From: Treponema sp.
Lineage (GTDB): Bacteria; Spirochaetota; Spirochaetia; Treponematales; Treponemataceae
Reading direction: 5' to 3'
NCBI GenBank assembly: GCA_045616325.1
Contig: JAZLGN010000039.1
Coordinates: 11,596-75,595, forward strand
Length of the DNA stretch: 64,000 bases
Under the pieces are notes generated by a model, which was not told the DNA's origin, did not search any database, and worked only from the letters and a program-made list of their open reading frames with translations. Made by a program: the position numbers and the translations under genes. Below are positions 47,844-57,840 of the stretch, piece after piece (the first letter of the stretch is position 1; the number at the start of each line of letters is the position of its first letter).

Positions 47844-49079
47844 ATGAAATCGGTTCTTCTTATCGACGGTTCTTCACTTTTTAAGGATTTTCTCCATGAT
47901 AAATTCTCTACGGAGCAGGTGACCCTGGAATATGCATCGAACAGGGAAGCCTATACGAAAATGCTTTCCGTAATGCCGGACTTGATAATCATCGAGCTTC
48001 AGGACAACCAGATTTCTGAGATTGATTCCCTTCTTGAAAAAAAGCATCGTGATCCAAATGCAAGGAAGATTCCTGTTTTCATGACGGGTCCTTCCCTTGA
48101 TCGACTGATCATTTCGCGCTTTGTTGAATTCGGTGTCGTCAAGTTCTTTACCAAGCCGATAAAATTTGAAGTGTTCTTTGAGTCCCTCGGAAAAGTTCTT
48201 GCAACTCCATTCTTCATGGATTCAACGCCCTGCATCCTTGACCTTCACTTGAACGGAAGCATCATCTTTGTTGAAATTGCACAGGGCCTTAACAGGGAAA
48301 AGCTCATGCTGCTCAAGTACAGGCTTTCCGAGATCATTACAAAGTACAGGATCAATGTTCCCAAAGTCATCCTCATGCTTACCAACCTTGAGCTTTCCTT
48401 TGTTGACGGTTCCAACCTGGAGCTGCTGCTTAACAACATTACGGCCGGCGGAAAGGTTGCAAATAAATTCGTCAAGATTCTTTCCTTTGATGAATTTGTA
48501 AAGCAGCTGGTAAAGGGACATCCTGAATACCACGGCATGACCGTTTCCCAGAACCTGCAGTACGTAATTTCTTCCCTCATGAACCAGGATGCAGATTTTG
48601 CTTCCAACGAATTTATCTACGATAACATTCTCAATGCTGACCGGCCAACGGATGATACGGCCCTGGGATTTTCTGCACCAAGAAATTCCAGCATAGAGGA
48701 ATCCAATGCACCAAAGAAGATTGCAATCATTGACGATGATGTTGTAATCAGGAAGCTTCTTGAGAATACATTCAGCCAGTCAAGTTTTGAGACTGTCCTT
48801 TATGCCAATGCAACGGACTTTATCAATGCAGTGAATGACGGAAAGGAATACGACCTTCTGATTCTTGACCTGTACCTGCCGGACATGGACGGAATTACGG
48901 TATTGAATTCCCTGAAACACAAGAATTACAATGCCCCGATTCTTGTTTATTCAAAGGCAGCTGCAAAGGAATTTGTCGTTCAGTGCCTGACCCTTGGGGC
49001 AAAGGCATATCTTGTTAAGCCGCAGAAGCCGGATGTCATTAAGGCAAAGGCGCTGGAAATAATCAATTCGTCAAGATAG
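47844..49079 (+). CDS. Atypical response regulator: pseudo-REC, STAS-like middle domain, canonical REC
   Basis: N-terminal IDGSS/DLIIIEL (phospho-Asp replaced by Glu); C-terminal IIDDD, LLILDLYLPDMDG, YLVKP. Confidence 0.85.
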   Translation: MKSVLLIDGSSLFKDFLHDKFSTEQVTLEYASNREAYTKMLSVMPDLIIIELQDNQISEIDSLLEKKHRDPNARKIPVFMTGPSLDRLIISRFVEFGVVKFFTKPIKFEVFFESLGKVLATPFFMDSTPCILDLHLNGSIIFVEIAQGLNREKLMLLKYRLSEIITKYRINVPKVILMLTNLELSFVDGSNLELLLNNITAGGKVANKFVKILSFDEFVKQLVKGHPEYHGMTVSQNLQYVISSLMNQDADFASNEFIYDNILNADRPTDDTALGFSAPRNSSIEESNAPKKIAIIDDDVVIRKLLENTFSQSSFETVLYANATDFINAVNDGKEYDLLILDLYLPDMDGITVLNSLKHKNYNAPILVYSKAAAKEFVVQCLTLGAKAYLVKPQKPDVIKAKALEIINSSR

Positions 49080-49097
49080 TTTTTTTGAGGTGCGAGT

Positions 49098-51062
49098 GTG
49101 AGTTCTTCTCCAGTTGAAGTAGGCAGCCGTTTTATTGCAAGCACGATGCACGAGGTAAGGACACCTCTTCAGACAATCATTGGTACCCTTGAACTTTTGG
49201 AGGACACGAAACTTACGAAAGAACAGAGGGAATACATTCACCAGATTTCCTTTAGTGCAAACGCACTTCTTGGCCTTGCCAACGACGTCCTGGATTTTAC
49301 GAAAATTTCTTCCAGCCACTTTAAGCTGGAAATTGCTCCCTTTAACCTTATTGAACTTGCGGAACGGGTTGTTGACCTTGTTACCGTTGAGTCATTTACA
49401 AGGGGCCTTGAGATAGTTACGGACATTGATTACAGCATTCCCCGGCTTGTTTCCGGTGATGCAAAGCGCGTCCAGCAGATAATCCTGAATCTTGTGAAGA
49501 ATGCGGTCAAGTTTACGGAAAAGGGATTCATTTACGTCCGCATTTCCCTGAGGCAGAATACCATTCTTTTTGAAATCATCGACAGCGGTATTGGGGTTCC
49601 CGAGGACAAGAAGGAACTGATCTTTTCCGATTACTATCAGGTTGATTCTTCTTCCGTAAGGAAATCCGGGGGAACGGGTCTTGGCCTTTCCATCTCCAAG
49701 AATCTTGTTGACGTAATGAAGGGCAGGATAGGGGTTCTTTCCAATCCAAGCGGCGGATCGAATTTCTGGTTTACAATTCCATTGGTTAGTGAATCTGCCA
49801 CTGAAGCTGACTTCAATAGTGAGGCTCCAAAATTTACGGTTCCTGAAAATACGCGGGTTCTTGTAGTTGACGATAATGTGCTTTCCCTTAAGTCCTTTAG
49901 GAAAAAGCTTGAGTTTTACGGCATCAGGAACATCATCTGCGTTGACAGTGGCGAAAAGGCTCTTGACGCCATCCAGAAGGCAAGGAATGAAGGATTTCCT
50001 ATATCCATGGTGTTTACGGACATGGGCATGTTCCCAATGGATGGATGGCGTTTTGCCTCTGAAGTGCGTTCCCTTGAGCATGGCAGGGACATAAAGATGT
50101 ACATGCTCGTGCCGGAAGGACAGCTGCGTCAGGATGCCAAGATGAAGATGCTTGACTGGTTTGACGGATACATATACAAGCCCGTAAAGCAGAAGATGCT
50201 TGTTGAAGTTCTTTGCGAGATTTTCAATTCAGATAGTGGAATGGAAGAAGTCAACCTTCAGCCAATGGCAGTTGTGGAGACTGAAAAAATTGCCCAGGGC
50301 CTTAACATTCTTGTAGCCGAAGATACAAAGGTCAATCAGCTTCTGCTTGAAAAATTCCTGGATAAGTTTGGTGCTAATGTTTATCTTGCTGATAACGGCC
50401 AGATGGTCATGGATCAGGTTAAGGAGCATCCGGACATTGACCTGATTTTCATGGACATTTTCATGCCCATCAAGAGCGGTATTGACGCCACAGTGGAACT
50501 TCGCAACAACGGATACAAGGGAATCATTGTTGCATGTACGGCCAACAATGACCAGGATGACTTTGACATGTACAAGCAGGTAGGCATGAATGACATTATC
50601 GTAAAGCCATTCAAGAGGTCCACCATTCGGGAAGTTCTTGAAAAATGGGGAACAGTCCTTATCGTGCCTGATGCCAAGAACATCATCAACCTTTCCTACA
50701 TTGAGAACCAGTCCAGTGAAGTCTGGAACATTGACGACTTTATGGACACCACAGGAAACAATGTTGAATTTGCCATTTCCCTCATGGACGAATACATGGA
50801 ACAGTCCAAGTCCCTTATGGAACGCCTGAAGGAAGAACTTAAGAATCCTCAGCCCGACATAGAAAAGGTCAAGCTTTACACCCACACCATGAAGGGTTCC
50901 AGTGCCAGCGTAAGTGCCGTAAGGTTTGCAGAACTTGGTCGCCAGATGAACGATGCTGCGAAGGCCGGGGATCTTACGACACTGGAGTCGGCTCGCATCA
51001 ACTACGAAATTGACTTCATTTCATTCATTAACATTGTGGAAAACTGGAAGAATACAATATGA
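49098..51062 (+). CDS. Cytoplasmic hybrid histidine kinase HisKA-HATPase-REC-REC-Hpt without a sensor domain
   Basis: MHEVRTPL, NLVKNAVKFT, DSGIG, GTGLGLSI, two receivers (FTDMGM, FMDIFMP), Hpt HTMKGSS; GTG start. Confidence 0.93.
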   Translation: MSSSPVEVGSRFIASTMHEVRTPLQTIIGTLELLEDTKLTKEQREYIHQISFSANALLGLANDVLDFTKISSSHFKLEIAPFNLIELAERVVDLVTVESFTRGLEIVTDIDYSIPRLVSGDAKRVQQIILNLVKNAVKFTEKGFIYVRISLRQNTILFEIIDSGIGVPEDKKELIFSDYYQVDSSSVRKSGGTGLGLSISKNLVDVMKGRIGVLSNPSGGSNFWFTIPLVSESATEADFNSEAPKFTVPENTRVLVVDDNVLSLKSFRKKLEFYGIRNIICVDSGEKALDAIQKARNEGFPISMVFTDMGMFPMDGWRFASEVRSLEHGRDIKMYMLVPEGQLRQDAKMKMLDWFDGYIYKPVKQKMLVEVLCEIFNSDSGMEEVNLQPMAVVETEKIAQGLNILVAEDTKVNQLLLEKFLDKFGANVYLADNGQMVMDQVKEHPDIDLIFMDIFMPIKSGIDATVELRNNGYKGIIVACTANNDQDDFDMYKQVGMNDIIVKPFKRSTIREVLEKWGTVLIVPDAKNIINLSYIENQSSEVWNIDDFMDTTGNNVEFAISLMDEYMEQSKSLMERLKEELKNPQPDIEKVKLYTHTMKGSSASVSAVRFAELGRQMNDAAKAGDLTTLESARINYEIDFISFINIVENWKNTI

Positions 51063-51895
51063 TCAAGACAAATTATCATACTCACTGTGAATTCTGTGAC
51101 GGAAAGAATACTGCGCAGGAAATGATAGGAACTGCGGTTGAAAAGGGGTTTGACATCCTTGGATTCAGCAGTCACAGCATGTATCCCTATTCCAGCGACT
51201 GGCATGTTGCATCGAGGGAGCACCTTAAGTATGTTCAGGAGATAAGGTGGCTTTCTCAGGAGAATGCCGACCGCATTAAGGTTTATGCAGGTTTTGAGGC
51301 GGACTATATTCCCGGATTCTGCTGTCCTTCCTTTTCCAACTATGATGAATTCAAGCCGGATTACCTGATCGGTTCCGTGCATTTTGTGTATGGGAACAAG
51401 GGATTTTTTGAGGCAGATGGAAATCCAAAGGTAACTCGTGAAAATATAGATGCATATTTTGGTGGTGACGTGCGTCGTGCAGTCTGCGAGTATTTCTGTC
51501 TTGAAAGGGAAATGCTTGAGAAAGGCAATTTTACCTTCTTGGGCCATCCGGATCTTATCAGGAAGCAGAACATTCATTCAGTACTTTTTGATGAATCGGA
51601 AAGCTGGTACAGGGATGAACTGGTGCTGCTTGCAAAGGCTGTGGCTCGCTCCGGTGTTTGTGCTGAAATTAATACGGGGGGAACCATACGCTACGGCATG
51701 AAGGAACCGTATCCTTCGGTGCAGCTGCTGGAACTTTTTAAGGAGAACAATGTTCCCGTGACCATAAATTCTGATGCCCATAGCGGCGATGGACTTGATG
51801 CCTGGTTTGACAGGGCTGTTGGGTACGTAAAAAAGGCCGGCTACACAGAACTGATGTACTATGAAGACGGCCGTTTGAAGCTTCAGAAAATATGA
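51059..51895 (+). CDS. hisJ: PHP-family histidinol-phosphatase (HisJ-like)
   Basis: NYHTH..FCDG, SSH, GFEAD, GSVH, GHPD, EINT, NSDAH. Confidence 0.85.
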   Translation: MIKTNYHTHCEFCDGKNTAQEMIGTAVEKGFDILGFSSHSMYPYSSDWHVASREHLKYVQEIRWLSQENADRIKVYAGFEADYIPGFCCPSFSNYDEFKPDYLIGSVHFVYGNKGFFEADGNPKVTRENIDAYFGGDVRRAVCEYFCLEREMLEKGNFTFLGHPDLIRKQNIHSVLFDESESWYRDELVLLAKAVARSGVCAEINTGGTIRYGMKEPYPSVQLLELFKENNVPVTINSDAHSGDGLDAWFDRAVGYVKKAGYTELMYYEDGRLKLQKI

Positions 51896-51923
51896 TGACT
51901 GATGAACTGGAGAGTGCCCGGGT

Positions 51924-52280
51924 CTAGCGGTTCTTCCTTTCTTCTGCCATCTGGCAGTTGATGCAGAGAACTGCATAAGGAATTGCCTCAAGCCTTGCTT
52001 CCGGGATTTCCTTTCCGCATCCGAGACAGATTCCGTAGGTGTTGAGCCTGATTCTGTCCATGGCACGGTCAATCATTGTGAGGCGGCGCTGGTCTGCTTC
52101 TCCAAGGGAATTGAGGAGGGTCCTGTCTATAGTATCTGATGCAATGTCGGCGTCGTCACCTGATTCCATTGTTTCGGCAAGTTTTGAATACTGTTCATTG
52201 CGACCCATCAATGAATCGATGATTTCATTGCGTTCTGCAGTGAGCTTTTTCTTCTGCTTGTCTAAAAAATCTTTTTTCAT
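51924..52280 (-). CDS. dksA: DksA (TraR/DksA C4 Zn-finger) transcription factor
   Basis: Coiled-coil tip DxxDxA (DDADIA); YGICLGCG.EIP.ARLEAIP...CINC. Confidence 0.9.
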   Translation of the reverse strand: MKKDFLDKQKKKLTAERNEIIDSLMGRNEQYSKLAETMESGDDADIASDTIDRTLLNSLGEADQRRLTMIDRAMDRIRLNTYGICLGCGKEIPEARLEAIPYAVLCINCQMAEERKNR

Positions 52281-52317
52281 TTTTCATCCTGTTTTAGGCT
52301 GCCTTTGGTTTTTTATG

Positions 52318-52346
52318 TTGACAGCCATATTTTTTTTAGTCATAAT
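52318..52346 (+). promoter_or_regulatory. Sigma70 promoter of infA
   Basis: TTGACA-17-CATAAT. Confidence 0.75.
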
Positions 52347-52392
52347 AGTATACAATATTTTTACATAAAGGCAAACATTTTTTGGAGGAATC

Positions 52393-52614
52393 GTGGCTAA
52401 CAAAGACGAAGCTATCGAAGTTGAAGGTATCGTAAAAGAAGCATTGCCAAATACAATGTTCCGTGTTGAATTGAAGAATGGCCATATCATTCTGGGCCAC
52501 CTCAGCGGCAAGATGAGAAAGCACTACATCAGGATCGTTCCAGGTGACAGTGTAAAAGTTGAACTTTCACCTTATGATCTTAACCGCGGACGCATTATTT
52601 TCCGCGAGCGCTAG
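52393..52614 (+). CDS. infA: Translation initiation factor IF-1
   Basis: [30 protein letters not shown]. Confidence 0.99.
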   Translation: MANKDEAIEVEGIVKEALPNTMFRVELKNGHIILGHLSGKMRKHYIRIVPGDSVKVELSPYDLNRGRIIFRER

Positions 52615-52650
52615 AAAAAAAAGAGGGCTGTTCTTTTGGAACGGCCCTTT
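52615..52650. terminator. Bidirectional terminator between infA and the DnaJ-domain gene
   Basis: GAGGGCTGTTC...GAACGGCCCTT with an A8 run on the left. Confidence 0.75.
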
Positions 52651-52706
52651 GACATTTTAAACACCATGGAAAAATCCGGATGATGCCTTTTTTCCCAGGA
52701 TGCACC

Positions 52707-53249
52707 TTATTTTGTCAGCATCCACTTTAGGCTGCGGTATGCACCCTTGATTCCCTTGATGAAGTAAACAAGGCAGATTATCCAGATAAGCAGGCTGAAT
52801 CGTCCGATGGTGGACATGCCGAACATGCTGAGGAGAATCTGTATGATGCTGTTCCTGAAGTATGGAACTGCCCCGCGACCCCTTGGATTTTCCGTCTGCT
52901 GCGTCGTATAAGTGTAGGTGTAACGGTTTGTTCCGCCGCTTGAATATGCATTCCTGAAGAATTCTTCAAAAGGATCACCGTAGTTGCCATAGGCTCCCGT
53001 TGAACTTTGGTAGTAAGAAGACTGCTGGCTTGAATTGGGGTTGAATCCATAGCTGTCGTACTGGCGGCGCTTTTCGTCATCCCCAAGGATCTGGTAGGCG
53101 TTGTTGATTTCCTTGAATTTTTCCTCGCAGGCCTTGTCCCCGTTGTTGCGGTCCGGATGATACTTGAATGCGAGGTTCCTGTAGGCTTTTTTTATTTCAT
53201 CTTTTGTGGCAGTTTTTTCAACGCCAAGGGTCTTGTATAAGTCTTCCAT
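52707..53249 (-). CDS. J-domain protein with C-terminal membrane segments
   Basis: [31 protein letters not shown]; hydrophobic C-terminus. Confidence 0.9.
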   Translation of the reverse strand: MEDLYKTLGVEKTATKDEIKKAYRNLAFKYHPDRNNGDKACEEKFKEINNAYQILGDDEKRRQYDSYGFNPNSSQQSSYYQSSTGAYGNYGDPFEEFFRNAYSSGGTNRYTYTYTTQQTENPRGRGAVPYFRNSIIQILLSMFGMSTIGRFSLLIWIICLVYFIKGIKGAYRSLKWMLTK

Positions 53250-53325
53250 GTTCTACACCCTTAAATCTAATAAAAGACCGGGAAAAATGCAAGTTTTGGC
53301 CGATGCAGTTTATAGGGGTTCCTTT

Positions 53326-53886
53326 TTATTTGTTCTTGAGGAGAACCCAGGTTGCTCCGTTGCCGCCGTGGTTTCTGTCCGGATGGCCTGAAGTTCCAAG
53401 GCGCTTGTCCTGCTCGATGAATAGGCGCACCATGGGTCCCAGGACTGGGTCACTTCCGTTGGAATGGATTCCCTTTCCGTGGACGATGAGGATTTTTCTG
53501 CATCCACGGCGCCAGCAGTCGTTGACAAAGGATGTAAGTTGGGTCCAGGCTTCGTCTCGGGTAAGCTGGTGAAGGTCGATGGTTGCATCGGGAGGAATGG
53601 ACTTAAGGTATTCAAGGTTGTTCATGCGCTCGTTTTTTTCCACTTCTTCCTGAACCTTATCCTTATCCACAGTGCCGTACCTGTTGAGCCACATGTCCAT
53701 GGGATTGATGCGGCGGTTCCTTTCCTGTTCCATGATCTGCTCATAGGTATATCCCTGTTTCATGGCAAGCTTTTCTTCCCTTGTGGGAGCATTGGCCTTT
53801 TTGTGGGAAACCTGGGGACCCTTTTTCTGGTTCCTGCTTTTTTTCTGGGAATCGTCCCACTGGTTCAAAATGTCGCCGAAATCCAT
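53326..53886 (-). CDS. Smr/MutS2 C-terminal-domain protein
   Basis: IDLHQLT.DEA, IVHGKG, GGNGATWV; start trimmed to MDFGD. Confidence 0.9.
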   Translation of the reverse strand: MDFGDILNQWDDSQKKSRNQKKGPQVSHKKANAPTREEKLAMKQGYTYEQIMEQERNRRINPMDMWLNRYGTVDKDKVQEEVEKNERMNNLEYLKSIPPDATIDLHQLTRDEAWTQLTSFVNDCWRRGCRKILIVHGKGIHSNGSDPVLGPMVRLFIEQDKRLGTSGHPDRNHGGNGATWVLLKNK

Positions 53887-53891
53887 AATCC

Positions 53892-55289
53892 CTACCTTAT
53901 CAAGTAAACGTTTTGGGTGAGAACCCATCCGTAGCTTTCATTGTATTTTATGTACGACCAGTCGCCTGCATTCTTGATTATGAAGACAACGCTTCCTGCA
54001 GGAATTGTTACGCCTGATGAAATTGTACGTTCCGGTATGGCCCTCATTTCTCCGCCTGAGAAGACGGCCCGCCTTTGGTTTACCTGGGCCATGTATATTC
54101 CGGCCATTACAAGCCCAACGGCAAAGATGGTAGAAAGGATGCCTGCAATGTTGCGCCTGCCTATGACCGCAAAAAATATGAGCAGGGATAGGATGACTGC
54201 CATGGTTACCAGGAGAAGGACCAGGAGGGTTGCGCTTGGTTCGTTCTGGTTGTCCGGGAGCCCCAGTGACTGTTCGGCTGCCTTGCGTTCCCTTGTGGCA
54301 TTGGAAACAAAAGGAAGACTGTGGCGTTCCCTTGTCCTAAGCTGGATGATGTTAAGCACATCCTGGGAAGTGGTGGCTCCATCGTCTCCAGAATTCTTTC
54401 TCACTTCCGTGTCAATGAATGCATAGGCGTAAGGATTTGTCTTTGATTCGGCCTTAGTGGTGACAGGCCGCGGTTCAATCGAGAAAAGGTTCTGTGGAAC
54501 CTTGATTTCTTCCTGGACTCCGCCGTAGGAAACTGCGCTAATGAAAATTTCCGGAAGGTTTGTCCTGCCGGTTTTCAGGGGCTGCCACTCAAACACTGCA
54601 ATGCTCTGTGGCTTGGATGCAAAGGATGTTCCTGCCTCGGATTTTTCCAGCTCGATTTTCTTCACCATCTTGAAAAGGGAATCTTCCGGAATGTTCCAGT
54701 AGATGTCGTTTATGTGAAGTGCGTACTTTATCTTTACGGTGAAGATGATTTTTTCCGAGCATCCGGATTCATGGACGGTTTTTCCAGGTGTTCCCGAATT
54801 GAATTCAGGCCTTGAGTACAGGACTGAAAGTTCAGGATGGATGAAGCGCGGGTTTTCGAAGATTTCTATGGGTTCAAAGGGAATCTGGTAGAATCCGCCG
54901 TCGACTGTAAGGTCAATGGGTCTGATCTTGTACAAGCCGGTCTGCGTAAAGCGCATCCACAGGATGATTCTGGTTCCCGTGACATAGACCTCCCCGGCCT
55001 CCGTGTTCTTCATGATGAGGACAGTTTCTTTTTTTGAAGAGATGAAGCTTACGTTTGGCGGCAGGGAATTTACGGAAATCTGCACGCTGTCAGGAGTTAC
55101 GTTTTCAATCTCGACTGCAAAGGAATTGTCATTGTCCGTAAACAGAGTGTCCTGTGTCTGCCTGAATCTAAGGTTATACATGTAGGACCAGGACAGGGTC
55201 TTTGCGTAAAGGGGAGAAGTTAAGAATATGAGTGAAAGAATCAGTAGTCCCTTGCAGATTTTTCCGATTCCTGTTCCATGCTTTTCCAT
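53892..55289 (-). CDS. BatD-like protein with TM segment and C-terminal SH3 (BatE-like)
   Basis: Signal peptide, beta-rich ectodomain, TM helix, SH3 motif GDWSYIKYNESYGWV; position in the bat operon. Confidence 0.65.
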   Translation of the reverse strand: MEKHGTGIGKICKGLLILSLIFLTSPLYAKTLSWSYMYNLRFRQTQDTLFTDNDNSFAVEIENVTPDSVQISVNSLPPNVSFISSKKETVLIMKNTEAGEVYVTGTRIILWMRFTQTGLYKIRPIDLTVDGGFYQIPFEPIEIFENPRFIHPELSVLYSRPEFNSGTPGKTVHESGCSEKIIFTVKIKYALHINDIYWNIPEDSLFKMVKKIELEKSEAGTSFASKPQSIAVFEWQPLKTGRTNLPEIFISAVSYGGVQEEIKVPQNLFSIEPRPVTTKAESKTNPYAYAFIDTEVRKNSGDDGATTSQDVLNIIQLRTRERHSLPFVSNATRERKAAEQSLGLPDNQNEPSATLLVLLLVTMAVILSLLIFFAVIGRRNIAGILSTIFAVGLVMAGIYMAQVNQRRAVFSGGEMRAIPERTISSGVTIPAGSVVFIIKNAGDWSYIKYNESYGWVLTQNVYLIR

Positions 55290-56842
55290 TGTTTGGTTTC
55301 GCCTTCTTTTATGAGAGAGTAAAGGGCTGATTCAAGGGCCTGTTCTTCCGGGTTTTCCGAAATGGCAGTCAGCTCTCGTGCAGCCTTCTGTGCCTTGGAT
55401 GATTCTTCCCTAAGGGACAGTTCAAGGTTTATTTTTGCATTGATGTTTGTTCCGTCTATGGAAAGTGCGCGCCTGAAGTAGTCTGCTGCATTTTCGTAGT
55501 CTCCGTTCCTGTGGGCAATGATTCCGCAGTTGTAGAGGATGGCAAACCGGATTTTGTCCGGGGAATTTTCATAGATTTCCATGAAGCGCATTACGGCAGC
55601 ATCCGTTTCCCCCTGCTGGAGGTATGTGGTGCCCAGGTTGTAGACAGCATACTGTCTTGTTGACTCGTCACCACGCAAGGCGGAATTTTCTGCAGCTTCA
55701 AGGTAGTAGGCTGTTGCCTGTTGGTATTTTTCCTTGTTCCATTCAAGCTTTCCCTGGAGGATTTTTGCTCCGTCGTTGAACCGTGGGGAACATGAGGTGA
55801 ACATTAGGAGCACCATGGATGCTTGGACCACGGAATGCAGGATCCGTTTTTTTCCGCTCTTGATGTCCAGTTCCCCAAAGACGATTGATGCAAGGTAGAA
55901 AACGATGGCAAGGGTGATGAACAGCGGATATTTTTTTACCGACTGGTTTTCGTATGTGATTACGGTTCCTTCCGTTTCACTGGAAATGGCCTTGAGGATT
56001 CTTGATGCTGAACCAAGTTCCGATGCATCGATGTACTGCACCTGTGACCTGGTGTTCTTTGAGGAAAGGGATGCAATGACTTTTTCCATGTCTGAAGAGC
56101 GGAGGGCTGTCTTTACAACTGATCCGTCGCCTGAAAAAATTTCGCTTTCACGTTCCGAGCCAAAACCGATTACTATGACAGGCATTCCGTATTTTGAGGA
56201 TTCTGCCAGGGCTGACTGAAGTGAGTTGTCGGTTTCCTCGCAGTCGGTAAAAAGCAGGATGCATGAAGCTTCTGCCGACTGTTCCGGGAAGGAAGAGATG
56301 GCAGCCTTGATTCCATTGCCAAGGCTTGAGCCCTTTTGGGTCATGAGCTTTGGTGAAAGGCAGTCGATGAGGCTGTTGACTGACTGCAGGTCTTCCGTAA
56401 GGGGGATTGCAACTACACCGTCACCCTTTGCAAGGACTACGGAAACCTTTGTTCCGTTCATGTGTTCAAGGAGCTCTCTTGCATAACTTGCGCTGGCCTT
56501 GAGCCGTGAGATTCCCCCGGGGGCATCCTTTGCTTCCATGCTGTATGAAATGTCAAAGACCATGGATACTGCGTGGCCGTTTTTCTGCACTGGAATGGAA
56601 TCAGTTCCCCAGGAAATTCCTGCAAGGGCCGCAATGACCATCATTCCGCTCAGGACCCGGAAAAGTGTCTTGAAGAAAAAGCAGATTATGAGCCGGCCTC
56701 CAAGTGCCCCGCTCTTGATGACAAATTTCTTTTCGGAAAGGAGCCTGTGGGTGCGAATGAATTTTATGGAAACGTAGGTTACGGCAAGGAGCAGCGGAAT
56801 CAGCAGGTAGAATATTGCCGGATGTTCAATTGAGATTATCAC
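55241..56842 (-). CDS. batB: BatB-type VWA protein fused to TPR repeats (BatC-like)
   Basis: MIDAS DISYSM, PLTED, FTDCE; TPR motifs YNLGTTY, YNCG, AKINLEL; GTG start overlapping the batA stop. Confidence 0.8.
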   Translation of the reverse strand: MIISIEHPAIFYLLIPLLLAVTYVSIKFIRTHRLLSEKKFVIKSGALGGRLIICFFFKTLFRVLSGMMVIAALAGISWGTDSIPVQKNGHAVSMVFDISYSMEAKDAPGGISRLKASASYARELLEHMNGTKVSVVLAKGDGVVAIPLTEDLQSVNSLIDCLSPKLMTQKGSSLGNGIKAAISSFPEQSAEASCILLFTDCEETDNSLQSALAESSKYGMPVIVIGFGSERESEIFSGDGSVVKTALRSSDMEKVIASLSSKNTRSQVQYIDASELGSASRILKAISSETEGTVITYENQSVKKYPLFITLAIVFYLASIVFGELDIKSGKKRILHSVVQASMVLLMFTSCSPRFNDGAKILQGKLEWNKEKYQQATAYYLEAAENSALRGDESTRQYAVYNLGTTYLQQGETDAAVMRFMEIYENSPDKIRFAILYNCGIIAHRNGDYENAADYFRRALSIDGTNINAKINLELSLREESSKAQKAARELTAISENPEEQALESALYSLIKEGETKQWKSMEQESEKSARDY

Positions 56843-57840
56843 AGTACCTCCAATAGAATGATTCTTCTGATGATCCATGCCAGGATGATGCATATTATGG
56901 CTGCCATGAGAAAATGCCTGTAATAGCACACGGCCTGCTTTTTTACATGGTAGCTTTGGATTACGGTTTCGTTCCTGTTTATCTGGGATAATGCCTGTGA
57001 AAGGGACTGGAGGGATTCAACTTCAAAGAAGAGGCCGTTTCCTTCTGCCGCAGTTTTTGAAAGGCTTGAGGTGTCAAAGTTTGATTCAAGGTAGCCTGAA
57101 TAGAATTTTCCCGTTTTGGGGTCGGTGTATTCCAGTGGAACTGAACCCTTTGTTCCTATTCCGACTACGTAAAGTGAAATGTCCTTTTTGCCTGCAAGGC
57201 GGGCTGCGGTGTATGGATGGATGGTTCCCGCGTTGTTTTCACCGTCCGTAATGAGGACGATGGATTTTTTTGCAGCTGAGATGGATTCAAGATGGTAGAC
57301 TGCAAGGCTGATTCCGTTGCCGATGGCCGTTCCGTCTCCAAGTTCCCCGGCCGTAATGGAGTCAAGTCGCTGGAAGAAAATCTTGCGGTCCATGGTTGGT
57401 GGAATTATGACGGAGGCTGTCTGGGCCATTTCTATGAGGCCAATGTCTGCGCCATCGTTTACTGCAGCAAGGGTGCGGATTGCATTCTTTGAAGATTCAA
57501 GCCTGTTTACGTCTCCGATGTCTTTTGCTGCCATGGAAGGGCTTACGTCCAGGACAAAGAAAATTGTTGCACCGCGTGATGAATAAATTTTCTGCTGGGT
57601 GTGGTGCAGTGGATTTGCCAGAGCCGTTACGAGATTTACATAGAATAGTATGCACAGGACCCGCGTGATTCCCGACAGGATCTTTCGTGGTTTTGTGTTC
57701 CAGATGAAGTTGGCGCCGTTCCAGTCGCTCAGGTTAAGGTCAAAGGATATTCGCGAAAGTAGCCTGAGGTTTCGCATGATGTACAGGATGGGAATAAGGA
57801 GCAGCAGGAGAAATGCTGAAGGGTTTTCAAATTCGAACAT
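56839..57840 (-). CDS. batA: BatA VWA-domain protein
   Basis: FENPSAFLLLLLIP, DVSPSMAA.D, GTAIGNG, ITDGENNAG, VGIG. Confidence 0.88.
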   Translation of the reverse strand: MFEFENPSAFLLLLLIPILYIMRNLRLLSRISFDLNLSDWNGANFIWNTKPRKILSGITRVLCILFYVNLVTALANPLHHTQQKIYSSRGATIFFVLDVSPSMAAKDIGDVNRLESSKNAIRTLAAVNDGADIGLIEMAQTASVIIPPTMDRKIFFQRLDSITAGELGDGTAIGNGISLAVYHLESISAAKKSIVLITDGENNAGTIHPYTAARLAGKKDISLYVVGIGTKGSVPLEYTDPKTGKFYSGYLESNFDTSSLSKTAAEGNGLFFEVESLQSLSQALSQINRNETVIQSYHVKKQAVCYYRHFLMAAIICIILAWIIRRIILLEVL

